DNA of 64,000 nt, from positions 124,001 to 188,000 of the IMG/VR virus record IMGVR_UViG_3300022698_000267, one strand, 5' to 3'. How positions within the stretch are numbered: position 1 is the first letter of the stretch; every line of letters begins with the position of its first letter. Positions 37,101 through 46,666 of this stretch are shown in pieces. A program made the translations under genes and the position numbers. The notes below the pieces were generated by a model. It was not told the DNA's origin and did no database searches. It worked only from the letters and a program-made list of their open reading frames with translations.

Positions 37101-38011
37101 TAGATGTGTTCTATACATCAGTCAAAGGATTCCTATCTGAAAATATACAACTAAAATTTATATCAGAAATTGAAAATACTTATTGTAATATGGACATAGC
37201 CCAGATGGAGCAGGTATTAATGAATATAATCGTTAATGCTAAAGACGCTATGCCAGATGGAGGTTCGTTACTTATAGAATGCATTTCTATCAATGTTGAT
37301 GATGAATTCACCTCTTCGAAACCCCATCTTAATTCTGGAGGTTACGTTTGTATTAAAATTGGAGACACTGGTCATGGAATGTCTGATGAAACAAGATTAA
37401 ATATCTTCGAACCATTCTTTACTACTAAAGCTAAAGGAACGGGATTAGGTTTATCCACAGCCTATGGAATAATAAAACAACATGGTGGTGATATATGGGT
37501 CTACAGTGAATTAGGGAAGGGCACAACCTTCAAGATTTATCTACCCATTGTTTCTAAAGACTCCTATGCACCTAAAGTAGATGAAAAGATTCAAATACTG
37601 GATACGAGTTTACATGGAGATGAGAATTTGATAATTGTAGAAGACGATCGTGCCCTGCTTACAATGTTCACAGATATATTGAGTTCTTCTGGATACTATA
37701 CTATGCCGTTCACTGATGGAGATCAATGTCTTGAAGCTATGGTCTTGACGGACGTTATTCCTGATCTGGTCGTTAGCGATTATGTTATGCCAGGAGGGTA
37801 TAATGGACAGCAATTATGTGAAGAGTTGTTGGAGTTATATCCTGATATTAGAATAATACTAATGTCTGGATATTCAGAGAAGTTAAATGGAAGTACTAGG
37901 GTTTCAGGGAAGATCAAAGCTTATCTGGAGAAACCCTTTTCGAATAGAGAATTGTTACAGCTTGTTAGAACTCTTTTAGATGAAAGAAGGAGGTCAATAG
38001 ATGAGAAGTAA
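34136..38011 (+). CDS. hybrid sensor histidine kinase: membrane (MASE3-like) region, several PAS domains, HisKA, HATPase, REC
   Basis: About 8 TM segments; YISPACERITGY; SHDFNNLL H-box; NIIVNAKDAM, DTGHGM, FFTTK.KGTGLGL; VEDD..SDYVMP..KPF. Confidence 0.92.
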   Translation: MMSLDVNIRLQDKLERSTIFNHSLRAFLLSLLIVLGLYNLNLFHLTGSLIPVIISMSLFLLTWNTRNFINNPYITFMGMSCFFIGLFSLGHIVFYHGANLIVPIDATRLVRVTGLFADIIQGFSFLLAPLFFVARVKFRILFIIISVFLLSMLYFSISIDPVFKYYIVFNFTSIQIFMVQAVLLICALFLTFRIREAFDKKTFYYLLASMVCCLISGISYVLNDPFTTYHAIITIVFNILTLLFLYDAIITTVLLNPYSSLAQSLITSKKLINNLDSMYTNLFENINAGVAIFRPEHGNFTLISINRTALELDDLDIREVLGRKVTEIWPSVKEYGIYEAFEHVRDTGDSVEWPTSLYEDERIRAWRESFIYQLESGLLVSVYTDRTDEKEQEEKLLESERRYRTVAEFTYDLEYWVAPDGSFLYISPACERITGYTVEEFMNDPELMDSIIYPEDRFKSCSMNSKDDGTLNVNSTEFRIKTKNHLTKWIGHICMNIYDEDGTYLGIRGSSRDITGKKEAELEVLRSKALFETLFDALSIPIFRKDLEGHYVMFNKAFCNFFERDKEELQGISVYDLHTKEVADICMNRDKALLLSGDSIQSYTIGVRTKNGLRQVIIRKSLLKDHDDVIIGFVGGVFDITKLNQLQNQLMSEKLLHEEAQRVAKLGHWEFVNGDKFPNWSDQVFEIFGVSKTAKGLSIEDWKTIIDPRDYDMVIDAFNTCRLENRSFEIEFRAIKFDTKEPRWLYTIGRCVEDTEPKRVYGIVQDITDYKEAQISLHSTEFKFKTLIDNLNVGIYSCTVGEKDTKFIEVNDALVRLLGAKNKQQLYKLRPKDFWLNPEKRDLLSFRLLKYGKIRNMELQLRTLDGSKITGLVSGVVVHDDESKPIRTDMILEDITQRRNLEIQLQHAVKMEAVGRFASKLSHDFNNLLSILQGYSEILKKELPEGQNRQRAELIHKSSINAQKLISRLLKFSRKEVLEVHNVNIQKFLDVFYTSVKGFLSENIQLKFISEIENTYCNMDIAQMEQVLMNIIVNAKDAMPDGGSLLIECISINVDDEFTSSKPHLNSGGYVCIKIGDTGHGMSDETRLNIFEPFFTTKAKGTGLGLSTAYGIIKQHGGDIWVYSELGKGTTFKIYLPIVSKDSYAPKVDEKIQILDTSLHGDENLIIVEDDRALLTMFTDILSSSGYYTMPFTDGDQCLEAMVLTDVIPDLVVSDYVMPGGYNGQQLCEELLELYPDIRIILMSGYSEKLNGSTRVSGKIKAYLEKPFSNRELLQLVRTLLDERRRSIDEK

Positions 38012-38387
38012 GCACATCCTGTTTGCTCATGGGTCATTACGAAAGGGAGGATTACATAATTACCTTCTACATGATTCTAAATTTCTTGGTGCTGGAGTCA
38101 CTAAAGAATTATATAAAATGTATTTTAATAAGATGACTATGGTCATTGAGAAACCGGATGTTCCTATTCATGGAGACTTATTTGATATAAGTGGTTATAT
38201 GCTTCGAATCTTGGACACATTATACAATCACCCTTCCTTTTATTACAGAGAACTCATAGGTGTGGAGTCTAAAGAACTTGGTGACTTAAAAGCTCTCATG
38301 TACTTCCTACCAGCTAATGACCCTCTATTGTCGAAAGCTAAGCACATTATCAATGGGAATTCATTGTACCCTAAATTCGAAGAATAA
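38001..38387 (+). CDS. degenerate gamma-glutamylcyclotransferase paralog
   Basis: FAHGSLRKG, IHGDLF, LDTLYNHP (LEG glutamate absent). Confidence 0.75.
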   Translation: MRSKHILFAHGSLRKGGLHNYLLHDSKFLGAGVTKELYKMYFNKMTMVIEKPDVPIHGDLFDISGYMLRILDTLYNHPSFYYRELIGVESKELGDLKALMYFLPANDPLLSKAKHIINGNSLYPKFEE

Positions 38388-38873
38388 TATGGAGAGGAAA
38401 TCGAATTATGGAGAGGAAAAGACCACTAAGGACTAGAAAAGACCAATCGACTCCTATTATTGAGTTAGATTCCACGCAGATTGATGTTAATTGGATAAAA
38501 TACATGGATCCTACCCATCCTCTACGAAGACCTGGCGAAACTGACGCTGAATTTCTTGCACGTAATCCGATCGCCGAATATTTGGATGGGAAGATAGATA
38601 TTAATGGGAATCCCATCGATAATAGAATGGTAGAACCTCCTGGTGAAATGCAGGAAAAAGGACCTTTAGACAGGCGTGCTGCTGCTCTGAAAAGGGTGCA
38701 GCGTTCAAGAGGTGATCGCCTTAAGCCTGTTACTAAAAAGTCTACATTTGGTTAGTACAGTTGTTACTAATTTGGTAGATGTTTAATTAGTATATCTGAT
38801 ATTCTATATAAAAAACTTCTCATTAATCCAGTATTTTAGTGTGCAGTCCATTTAAATGTAATATAAGTCTGGT

Positions 38874-38966
38874 CTAAATCTGCTAAATCCACCACTGATA
38901 CCGCTAAATCTGCCCACTGATACCACCACTGATACCGCTGATCTAAATCTGCCCACTGATACCACC
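38874..38966. repeat. iteron-like direct-repeat array
   Basis: CCACTGATACC at 38892, 38914, 38926, 38953; CTAAATC at 38874, 38883, 38904, 38943. Confidence 0.85.
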
Positions 38967-39372
38967 AGACCCCACCCACAAATGATATGATTGCAGCTTT
39001 CTGGCGACAGTCCGAAGAAAAACCCCAAAATCGGCCCGAACGAAAAAAGCCGGTAGTACAAGTACCTCCCCCAACGCAACTATAGGGCGACCAGATACTC
39101 CCGATAAAAACCCGAATAAAAAAACCGTAGTTACAAAACATCCATATAAGGGAATTCAAACAGGCCGGTCTAAAAATACTAGTAGGAAGAAAAAATCGGG
39201 CCTAAAGGCCCCTCAGACAGACAACAAGGGAGGCCTGTATATCCTTATATTAGGATATACCTTACCAGGGAAAAGTCCAATACAGCCCGGCTACGCCGGT
39301 CTGATTGAGTTTTATGGGTAGTATTTATTATTGAATTTGAGTTGTTATTTCCCGTTGTCATTTGAAAGGTTA

Positions 39373-39966
39373 TTAAGAAGTGACGAGAACAGTTGATTCG
39401 CACTTTATTCCTCTGCAGATTGGTTTTAGGTATCTGGATTTTTCTTTGGTCCATTCGTTGAGGGCTTTCCATTCGTGGTTGACTAATTTGTCTTTTAGAG
39501 GGTTTTGATGTTGCCAGGCCATGAGTTCGTCGAAGACGATGATGGTGCCTTTGGTGATTCTGTCGTTGAGTTCGTTGAGGACGTATTTGCAGGATGAGTA
39601 GAGGTCGCTGTCGATGTGTAGGAAAGCAACTTTATTGGGGTGTGTTTTTTTCCATTTGGGTAGGGTGTCTTGGAAGAGGCCGACGTGTAGTTTTACGTTG
39701 TTTTCGACTTTGGGGATTTTAGTTTTGAAGTGGCCTTTTTTTAAACCCCAGCCGTCGAGGATCCAGTCTTCTGGGAGTCCTTCGAAAGAGTCGAAGCCGT
39801 GGAAGGTTATATCTTTGCGGTCTCGAGCTAAGAGGTTTAGTGATACACCTTCGGAGACACCGAATTCCATGAAGTATCCTTCGATTCTAGCCGATTTTAG
39901 GGCTGTTCTGAGGTTTAATCCTCTGTTGAGGGGTTGAACGTTTTTGAAAGTTTTATAGTTAAGCAT
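39373..39966 (-). CDS. TylF/MycF-family SAM-dependent O-methyltransferase
   Basis: EFGVSEG, GFDSFEGLPEDW, GLFQDTLP, HIDSDLYSS, IVFDE. Confidence 0.9.
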   Translation of the reverse strand: MLNYKTFKNVQPLNRGLNLRTALKSARIEGYFMEFGVSEGVSLNLLARDRKDITFHGFDSFEGLPEDWILDGWGLKKGHFKTKIPKVENNVKLHVGLFQDTLPKWKKTHPNKVAFLHIDSDLYSSCKYVLNELNDRITKGTIIVFDELMAWQHQNPLKDKLVNHEWKALNEWTKEKSRYLKPICRGIKCESTVLVTS

Positions 39967-40870
39967 TGTTTTTCCACCATTCTTCAACTTTTTTCATATT
40001 GACAGGATGTACATATGGTTTATCGTAATATTTTAGTTCCGGGGGTTGACAGTCGTCACTTCCGTATCTTATAAAGTGGTTATGTTCTGAATGTAGGTGT
40101 CTGAAGCCCGCTTTTTCGTACCATGTTCCTTCTTTTGAGTACATTTGAGCGTTTAGAGGGTTTTTTGGGACTGTAATATTCTTTAGTTTAAGATCTTTGA
40201 CAGCTCTACCCATTCTTGTTTCGCAGTTTCCGAATTCTTGGGTAGTTCTTTCATAGGTTTTTAGAGGAATGAAATTTTCTTCGAAATGATCCATCATTTT
40301 TATGATAGCTTCTGTTCTACCAAGGAAGCCTAAAGAGTTGAAGCTTGTACTATTTTTGCGTTCCCAATAACCGGTGGATAGAAGATCTCCGTCCTTCTCT
40401 TTTAATTCTTCCAGGAGCTCTAGTATGCCTTCTGGTTTTTCTATGATACAATCTCCATTTGTGCAATAGAGGTACTTGAATTCTCGCATGGTATTTACAC
40501 CAAGTCTGATTAGCCAGAAGTATGGATATAGAACTCCGCTCCATCTGCTTCTGGGACCCATTACAAGAGCATTTATTTTAGGGATTATTTCCGGATTTGG
40601 CATTTTTGAATCCCATGTGGTTTTAGGATTTACATCAAAATGGTTGTCATATGCCAATGTAATCCATGATTTTAATTTAGAATGTGTTTCGATTGAAGCT
40701 TTAAGGAATCCTCTGTTTCCTGGATGAGAGACAATGACTATTCCAAGGTCTCTTAGATAGGGAAAAGCAATATTTTTATCACACCAAGTGTAGCGACGGG
40801 ATAGATTTCTATAATCTTCCCTGCTCTTTTTATTCGTTATTGTCCTTAGATCTATTCTTCTAAATCCCAT
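39959..40870 (-). CDS. hypothetical, possibly glycosyltransferase-like
   Basis: YCTNGDCIIE resembles a DxD-type motif; sugar-modification neighbourhood. Confidence 0.45.
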   Translation of the reverse strand: MGFRRIDLRTITNKKSREDYRNLSRRYTWCDKNIAFPYLRDLGIVIVSHPGNRGFLKASIETHSKLKSWITLAYDNHFDVNPKTTWDSKMPNPEIIPKINALVMGPRSRWSGVLYPYFWLIRLGVNTMREFKYLYCTNGDCIIEKPEGILELLEELKEKDGDLLSTGYWERKNSTSFNSLGFLGRTEAIIKMMDHFEENFIPLKTYERTTQEFGNCETRMGRAVKDLKLKNITVPKNPLNAQMYSKEGTWYEKAGFRHLHSEHNHFIRYGSDDCQPPELKYYDKPYVHPVNMKKVEEWWKNNA

Positions 40871-41500
40871 TTAAATCCTCTTAAGATATCCATCAGGGTT
40901 GAAAGTGAATTCCAGTTTTTCGCATTTTTTGTCTGCTTCAAATTCCGTATTGTCTTTCATAAACGTTTTTAGTGCTTCCATCGGTCCCAAATCTTTGTAT
41001 GCCCATGGAACAGGATTCCAAACATGGGTATCTTCAACGATAAGATAGGAACCAGTGGTAACCATTCTAGAGTAGATACTAAGTTCTTTCAGTACGTAGT
41101 CTTCTGAGTGCCAGGAATCCAGAAGAACCATTACAGACCCTTCTAATTTCTCTTCAACGGTTTTGACTATATTTGGATCTACACTTTCCCCTGTTAGGAA
41201 AGTTATTCTTTCGCTGGTGGGAATTGTATCGATTATGTCAGATTTCAAATTGCTTGAATCTTTGTCGATAGATATAACTTGTCCATTTCCAATTAATTCG
41301 CAAATAGAAGCAAAGAATAAAGCAGAACCTCCATACCTTGTTCCTGTTTCTACTATAAAATCTGGACGAACTTTGGTAATTAATTCCTGAATAATCACCA
41401 AGTCACATGGATTCTTTTGAACATTAACTCCGAGCCAGTATGTATGTTCCCATAGTCTATTTTCCTCATAATAGATGTGATATTCATCAGATACACTCAT
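40871..41500 (-). CDS. CmcI / cephalosporin-hydroxylase family (rhamnosyl O-methyltransferase-like)
   Basis: WLGV..QKNP.DL, IVETGT.YGGSALF, LDSWH, GSYLIVEDT, NPDGYLKR. Confidence 0.9.
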   Translation of the reverse strand: MSVSDEYHIYYEENRLWEHTYWLGVNVQKNPCDLVIIQELITKVRPDFIVETGTRYGGSALFFASICELIGNGQVISIDKDSSNLKSDIIDTIPTSERITFLTGESVDPNIVKTVEEKLEGSVMVLLDSWHSEDYVLKELSIYSRMVTTGSYLIVEDTHVWNPVPWAYKDLGPMEALKTFMKDNTEFEADKKCEKLEFTFNPDGYLKRI

Positions 41501-41715
41501 TATTTATCTCCTGTATGGACAATTCCATCAATGATTTAAGTATGATTTGCCAAATTAGATAGAAAACATTAATTAATGACAAAGACTGTTTATAAAGTTT
41601 TATTAAAAACATAGTGGAAAGGATTTTATTTTTCATTTTTCATCTTTCAGGGGAATATGAATGTTTCTATTAGAGGGAAGAAAGGTTAATATCTAACCTT
41701 TTTGAATAGGATGAT

Positions 41716-42615
41716 ATGGCTACTAGAAAAAAATTGTCACCAAAGGTTGAAAAGGTTATGAAAAAGACAGATGAATCACCGGATATTGAAAGAAATGTTG
41801 TTTGGGATGGTGATAATTCCCAAGAAATCCCTCAAAATCCAGAATTTACTGTTCAAATAACCTCTGAAGAGTCCAGAAAGGCATTAGTACAGCTTTTGGA
41901 GGCTGATTTTCATATTGGAGACAGGAAACAATGGACATACAATGAATATTCCAGGAAATTTCCTGGAATGCAAGGATTAACAAGTCTGGAAAAGGATGTT
42001 ATACAAGATTACATCGATGAAATAGGTTTCAGAGACATTCTTAACAGTTCGATAAAGACTCCTGGATTTAATGAAGAAGATGTAGCTTCTATGGATTCCG
42101 CTATAAATAAATCGGAAGGTATCTCTACAAGATTGACGGTGTATAAAGGGATACAAGTAGACTTTCATGACATAATTGATAGGAAATTGAGAGTTGGAGA
42201 GACCTTTATGGATTTAGGCTTTGCTTCTGTAGCTTTAAAACCAGATGCAGTGACCAATCTTATGTGGAAAAACAATTCAGAAACAAATATGTTAGAATTT
42301 GGCACCATTTTTAAGATAGATTTGCCAGTAGGTACGAAAGTTCTTGCTATTAACTCCTCTGATTTCGAATTACTTCTTCCTAGAGAAATGGAATTTGAGG
42401 TTCTTGAGAACATGATAATAGACATACGAGAAAAGAGAGATTTGGTACCAAGAAGAATATTCGAATATTTGAAGATGTTGGAAATGAAAATGGGTGGAGT
42501 TGTTCCAGAAGATGCATCAAAAATGCGTTTACTATATCTTCGGGCACTACCAAATGATAATCAATTGACTAAGGACTTTTATTCTAAAAAAATAAGGCCA
42601 CGAGGTCAATTCTAG
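41716..42615 (+). CDS. ADP-ribosyltransferase paralog of 1298 with altered catalytic motifs
   Basis: TVYKG, DLGFASV, IDLPVGT, DFELLLPR. Confidence 0.75.
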   Translation: MATRKKLSPKVEKVMKKTDESPDIERNVVWDGDNSQEIPQNPEFTVQITSEESRKALVQLLEADFHIGDRKQWTYNEYSRKFPGMQGLTSLEKDVIQDYIDEIGFRDILNSSIKTPGFNEEDVASMDSAINKSEGISTRLTVYKGIQVDFHDIIDRKLRVGETFMDLGFASVALKPDAVTNLMWKNNSETNMLEFGTIFKIDLPVGTKVLAINSSDFELLLPREMEFEVLENMIIDIREKRDLVPRRIFEYLKMLEMKMGGVVPEDASKMRLLYLRALPNDNQLTKDFYSKKIRPRGQF

Positions 42616-42622
42616 GAGATAC

Positions 42623-42823
42623 ATGATGTGGCAGAACACTTACTCAAGATTTATGTGGGATGATGAAGAGATGTTGGTTTTTGGTCAATGTTCTGATTGC
42701 ATAAAGAAGTTTCCTGATAAGCTTGGGTGTGAACCATTTTCAGAATCTATTCCTGCCAAGTACAAAGGGCCTGTTGACTTTGAACCATGTCCTCATTTTA
42801 ACAATGGAATTTTCCATATTTAG
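42623..42823 (+). CDS. small 4-Cys ART partner paralog
   Basis: SRFMWDD..CSDC..GC..F..SIP..CP, as in 2295. Confidence 0.65.
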   Translation: MMWQNTYSRFMWDDEEMLVFGQCSDCIKKFPDKLGCEPFSESIPAKYKGPVDFEPCPHFNNGIFHI

Positions 42824-43518
42824 GAGACTATGATGTTGAGTTGGGTTTGTCCTGTTTGCAAAACTGTACATAACTCCGAGTGTGATAGCCTTTCTAATTT
42901 TGATTTTCTTTGCTTGGAATGTAAAGAGAAATTTGAATCAGCAAAGGTGTTTTGGACTTACAAACCAAGGAAATGAAAGCAATTCTATTGCAACCAATGA
43001 CAATGGGTCCAATTGCTAATTGAATCGCCTACATTCCTTTCTACGTTGGTTACATGAGGAAATTAGTTAAGTTTCTTCACTTAAATCTTTTAGAATATCA
43101 TGGAATAGCTCAGAAGATTCTTTGTCAATAAACTTGTCGTACTTAGAACATATAGAACATGACACCAATAAGCTCAGAGGAATTTTATCATCCTCTTCCA
43201 TTGGGTCATTCATCAGAATTTGATTTAGGATTTGTCCATTACTAAGGAGTTGTAAACGCATTCCGATCACATGAGCACCACAAGCCTCTCCAACGCAAGG
43301 TCCTCCAACATCTGGACAGAATTTTATAAACCCTTTATTCATTTTCTTCCTTTTCTAATAATAGAAATAAAGGTCCACTTTCGTTTTCTCTTTTCGCACT
43401 TTTAATGAGAAAATTCAGCTCTTTATAAAGAATATTTATTCTTTCCTTTATTTCAGCATTGGTTTTCTTGAAATTAAATCTATTCTTACTAATTAAGTAA
43501 ACAAGTAGAAAGAATTTT

Positions 43519-44157
43519 TTAATTTTTAGGGTCATCAACAATTTCTGGTTTAAGAACTTCTTTTTTATCATTATCTTTGCTAGGCTTCTCGGCAGTTTTT
43601 GCTTTCTTTCCCTTTTCAGTAGACTTTTTGGAAGTTATGGGTTCAATAATTTCCGTTTTTTTCTTTGCTTCGATTGGAGCTGGGGTTATAACATTTCTCA
43701 TTTTTGTTTTTTCAATTTCTCTGTTTAGTCCATCAACAAAGTCAGACATTGGTGTGTTATTTGGGAATAGAAAATGCATATGTCCATCTTCGAATTTCAA
43801 ACATATCAAGCAATCTACTACTTTTCTTCCTTCACAGGCAGATGTTCCTTCCAAATCTAACACTCTATCTAACATAAATTCTTTGATATTCATTGGCACC
43901 ACCCTCCCATCTTCCATTGCACATGGAACTAAATGAAGAATATTACGTTCATGTTCAGGAATACTAATTAGAACAGAGAAATTCCTGTCATTTTCGCCGA
44001 TTAATCCTGGTCTTTCTCCAGATTTTAGAACCTCTTTTACCTCCTCCCAGATTTTTTGTATTTGTGGAGTATATTTTGTTTCATACGTTCCAGATCCAAA
44101 CCACCCTCCAAGAGGTTCGAAATACTCTAATTCAACAAATATAGCATTGTTTTCCAT
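43519..44157 (-). CDS. hypothetical protein
   Basis: AAGGAG RBS downstream of gyrA. Confidence 0.65.
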   Translation of the reverse strand: MENNAIFVELEYFEPLGGWFGSGTYETKYTPQIQKIWEEVKEVLKSGERPGLIGENDRNFSVLISIPEHERNILHLVPCAMEDGRVVPMNIKEFMLDRVLDLEGTSACEGRKVVDCLICLKFEDGHMHFLFPNNTPMSDFVDGLNREIEKTKMRNVITPAPIEAKKKTEIIEPITSKKSTEKGKKAKTAEKPSKDNDKKEVLKPEIVDDPKN

Positions 44158-44171
44158 TTATTCGACTCCTT

Positions 44172-46622
44172 CTAAATAACATTTACATCACAAACTTCTC
44201 CATTGACGTTATCCTTATCATTCATATTCACAATTTTTGTACCAATAGAATATCTATTACGTATTGGTATATCTGAAATTTTCATCGACATTGTTGCATT
44301 TCCAGAAGTTAAGATTGTTACCCTGGAATCCTCTGTTACACACACGGCTCCTGCTATTTCTTTTTCTGGTTCATCCACTTTTAATAATGATAAACCAACT
44401 GACCCTCTGTTGGCAATTTTGAATTGCTCAATTTTTACTCTTCTTCCAAATCCATTTCTGGATACAGAAAATATTGAATGTTCATCGTCGTATACGACTT
44501 TTCCCATACTTATGATTTCATCACTGCCTTTCAAATTCATCCCTAAGAATCCCATAGCAGATCTGGTGGTTTTTATCTCTTTTATTTTCCCACAATTTAG
44601 GATTAAAACCATTGAATTTCTACTAACAAACATTATGTAGTCAGAGTCTGTAACTTCTTCCACTCCTAATAATTTATCATTATCCCTTAATGTTATAGCT
44701 TCAAGTCCTTGAACTACTTTTTTGCCTCGAAATAATGACATTGGAGATTTCTTTATGTAGCCATTTTTTGTTGCAAAGAAAAGATTTGTATCTTTTGCCT
44801 CTTCTGGTTTATAATGGGTTATGGAAGTTACGAATTCGGAATTTGTTTCAAATGGGTTTTTTCCAACTTTTTGTATATCGATTAAACCAGATATATGTTT
44901 TCCTTTAGCAGATCTACTCATTAGTGGAATATCTTCAACATTTAATATGAAGTATTTTCCAGTATTTGTAAATAGAAGTAGTTCATCATTTGAATCCACA
45001 GATATCATTGTTTTAATTAGATCTGAACCATGAACTATCCCTTTTCCACCCCTTTTTTGTGTTGGATACTCTGAAGCATTGGTGGTTTTAATATACCCTC
45101 TAGATGTTAGGGTAATTATTAATTTGGCAGAATCTAGTAATATTTTTTCTTTTTGGTCTTCAACTTCCTCTTCATTTAGGATTTTGGTTCTTCTTGGTCT
45201 TCCGTACTCATTCTTTATTTCCAACATTTCATCATTTATGGTTTTATCTAATTGCTCTTCCTCATCAATAATAGAATTAAGTTCCTTAACTCTTTTTGTA
45301 GCATTTTCATGCTCTTCTTTTATCTTCTTGTTTTCTATTTTTGTGAGTCTTTGTAAGGAAAGTCCTAAGATGGCTTTTGTTTGTTTCTCACTGGTTTTAA
45401 ATTTCTTTTGTATCTTTTGTTTTGCTATTTCAGAATCATCTGATTTTCTAACAATAGCAATAATTTCGTCAATATTTTTTGCTGCAATCTGCAAACCTTC
45501 TAATATATGCATTCTTTGCTGCAATTTTCTGGCTTCAAAGGCAGATCTCCTAAGAATTATATCTCTTCTGTGATCTATAAATGCTTCTATATAGTCTTTC
45601 AAATTTATTTGCTTTGGTTTATTGTCACTAACACATAGCATGTTAATGCTAAATGATGCTTCCAATGGAGTGTGTTTGTACAAACCATCTACGATGACTT
45701 TTTCCTGACTATTTCTCTTTAAACTAAGAACAATCCTGATTCCATTTCTATCCGATTCATCCCTAATCTCAGAAATTTCGGAAATACCCTTCTCAGTTAC
45801 ATAATGTCCTATTTTTTCAATCAAAGTAGTTTTATTAACAGAATATGGAATTTCCTTTATAACAATAGACTTGGTTCCATCTGGATTTGTTTCTATGTTA
45901 ACAACTCCATTGATTTTTATACTTCCACGTCCAGTTTTATATGTTTCTGAGATGGAGTCATTTACAAAAATAACTCCTCCAGTTGGAAAGTCAGGACCCT
46001 TGACAATTTTGCATAAATCTTCTATTGTTATTGCAGGATTTTTAATAGTAGCTATTATTGCATCTACTAATTCATTCAGGTTATGTGGTGGAATACTGGT
46101 GGCCATCCCTACTGCTATTCCAGAGGTTCCATTTAAAAGGAGATTAGGTATTCTGGTCGGAAGTATTTCTGGTTCTACAGTGCTACTATCGTAATTTTCT
46201 CTATAATCTACGGTTTCTTCGTTGAGATCCTTTGTAAATTCATCTGCTATTTTTTGTAATCTGCATTCAGTATATCTCATTGCTGCAGGTTTATCACCAT
46301 CTACAGACCCTATATTTCCTTGACCATCAACCAAGGCACTTTGCATGTTGAAATCTTGTGCCATTCGTATCAGGGCATCATATATGGCTCCGTCACTATG
46401 TGGATGGTATTTACCTATAACATCACCAACTATTCTAGCGGATTTTTTAAAAGGCTTGTCGTATCTATTGCCCAATTCTGTCATTGCATAGATAATTCTT
46501 CTGTGTACTGGTTTTAACCCATCTCTAATACTTGGAATAGTCCTTCCTACAATTACATTCATCGAGTAGTTCAGATACGATTTTTCAATTTCTTCTTTTA
46601 TGTCGACGTCGGTACTAGGCAT
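44172..46622 (-). CDS. gyrA: DNA gyrase subunit A
   Basis: [25 protein letters not shown] catalytic Tyr, GyrA box QKRGGKG, C-terminal repeats. Confidence 0.95.
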   Translation of the reverse strand: MPSTDVDIKEEIEKSYLNYSMNVIVGRTIPSIRDGLKPVHRRIIYAMTELGNRYDKPFKKSARIVGDVIGKYHPHSDGAIYDALIRMAQDFNMQSALVDGQGNIGSVDGDKPAAMRYTECRLQKIADEFTKDLNEETVDYRENYDSSTVEPEILPTRIPNLLLNGTSGIAVGMATSIPPHNLNELVDAIIATIKNPAITIEDLCKIVKGPDFPTGGVIFVNDSISETYKTGRGSIKINGVVNIETNPDGTKSIVIKEIPYSVNKTTLIEKIGHYVTEKGISEISEIRDESDRNGIRIVLSLKRNSQEKVIVDGLYKHTPLEASFSINMLCVSDNKPKQINLKDYIEAFIDHRRDIILRRSAFEARKLQQRMHILEGLQIAAKNIDEIIAIVRKSDDSEIAKQKIQKKFKTSEKQTKAILGLSLQRLTKIENKKIKEEHENATKRVKELNSIIDEEEQLDKTINDEMLEIKNEYGRPRRTKILNEEEVEDQKEKILLDSAKLIITLTSRGYIKTTNASEYPTQKRGGKGIVHGSDLIKTMISVDSNDELLLFTNTGKYFILNVEDIPLMSRSAKGKHISGLIDIQKVGKNPFETNSEFVTSITHYKPEEAKDTNLFFATKNGYIKKSPMSLFRGKKVVQGLEAITLRDNDKLLGVEEVTDSDYIMFVSRNSMVLILNCGKIKEIKTTRSAMGFLGMNLKGSDEIISMGKVVYDDEHSIFSVSRNGFGRRVKIEQFKIANRGSVGLSLLKVDEPEKEIAGAVCVTEDSRVTILTSGNATMSMKISDIPIRNRYSIGTKIVNMNDKDNVNGEVCDVNVI

Positions 46623-46666
46623 TTTTGTCCCTTAATTTATACAACATTATCATTCTTTAATTGTTT

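Noticed and set aside
38836-39159. Trp/Gln-repeat ORFs on the minus strand
   Set aside because: They simply translate the DNA repeat array; no RBS, and composition is atypical.
42821-42832. In-frame TAG junction between 42623 and a zinc-ribbon ORF at 42830
   Set aside because: A well-spaced AGGAG RBS overlaps the stop, so independent initiation is the simpler explanation; the paralog at 2295 ends at a similar length.
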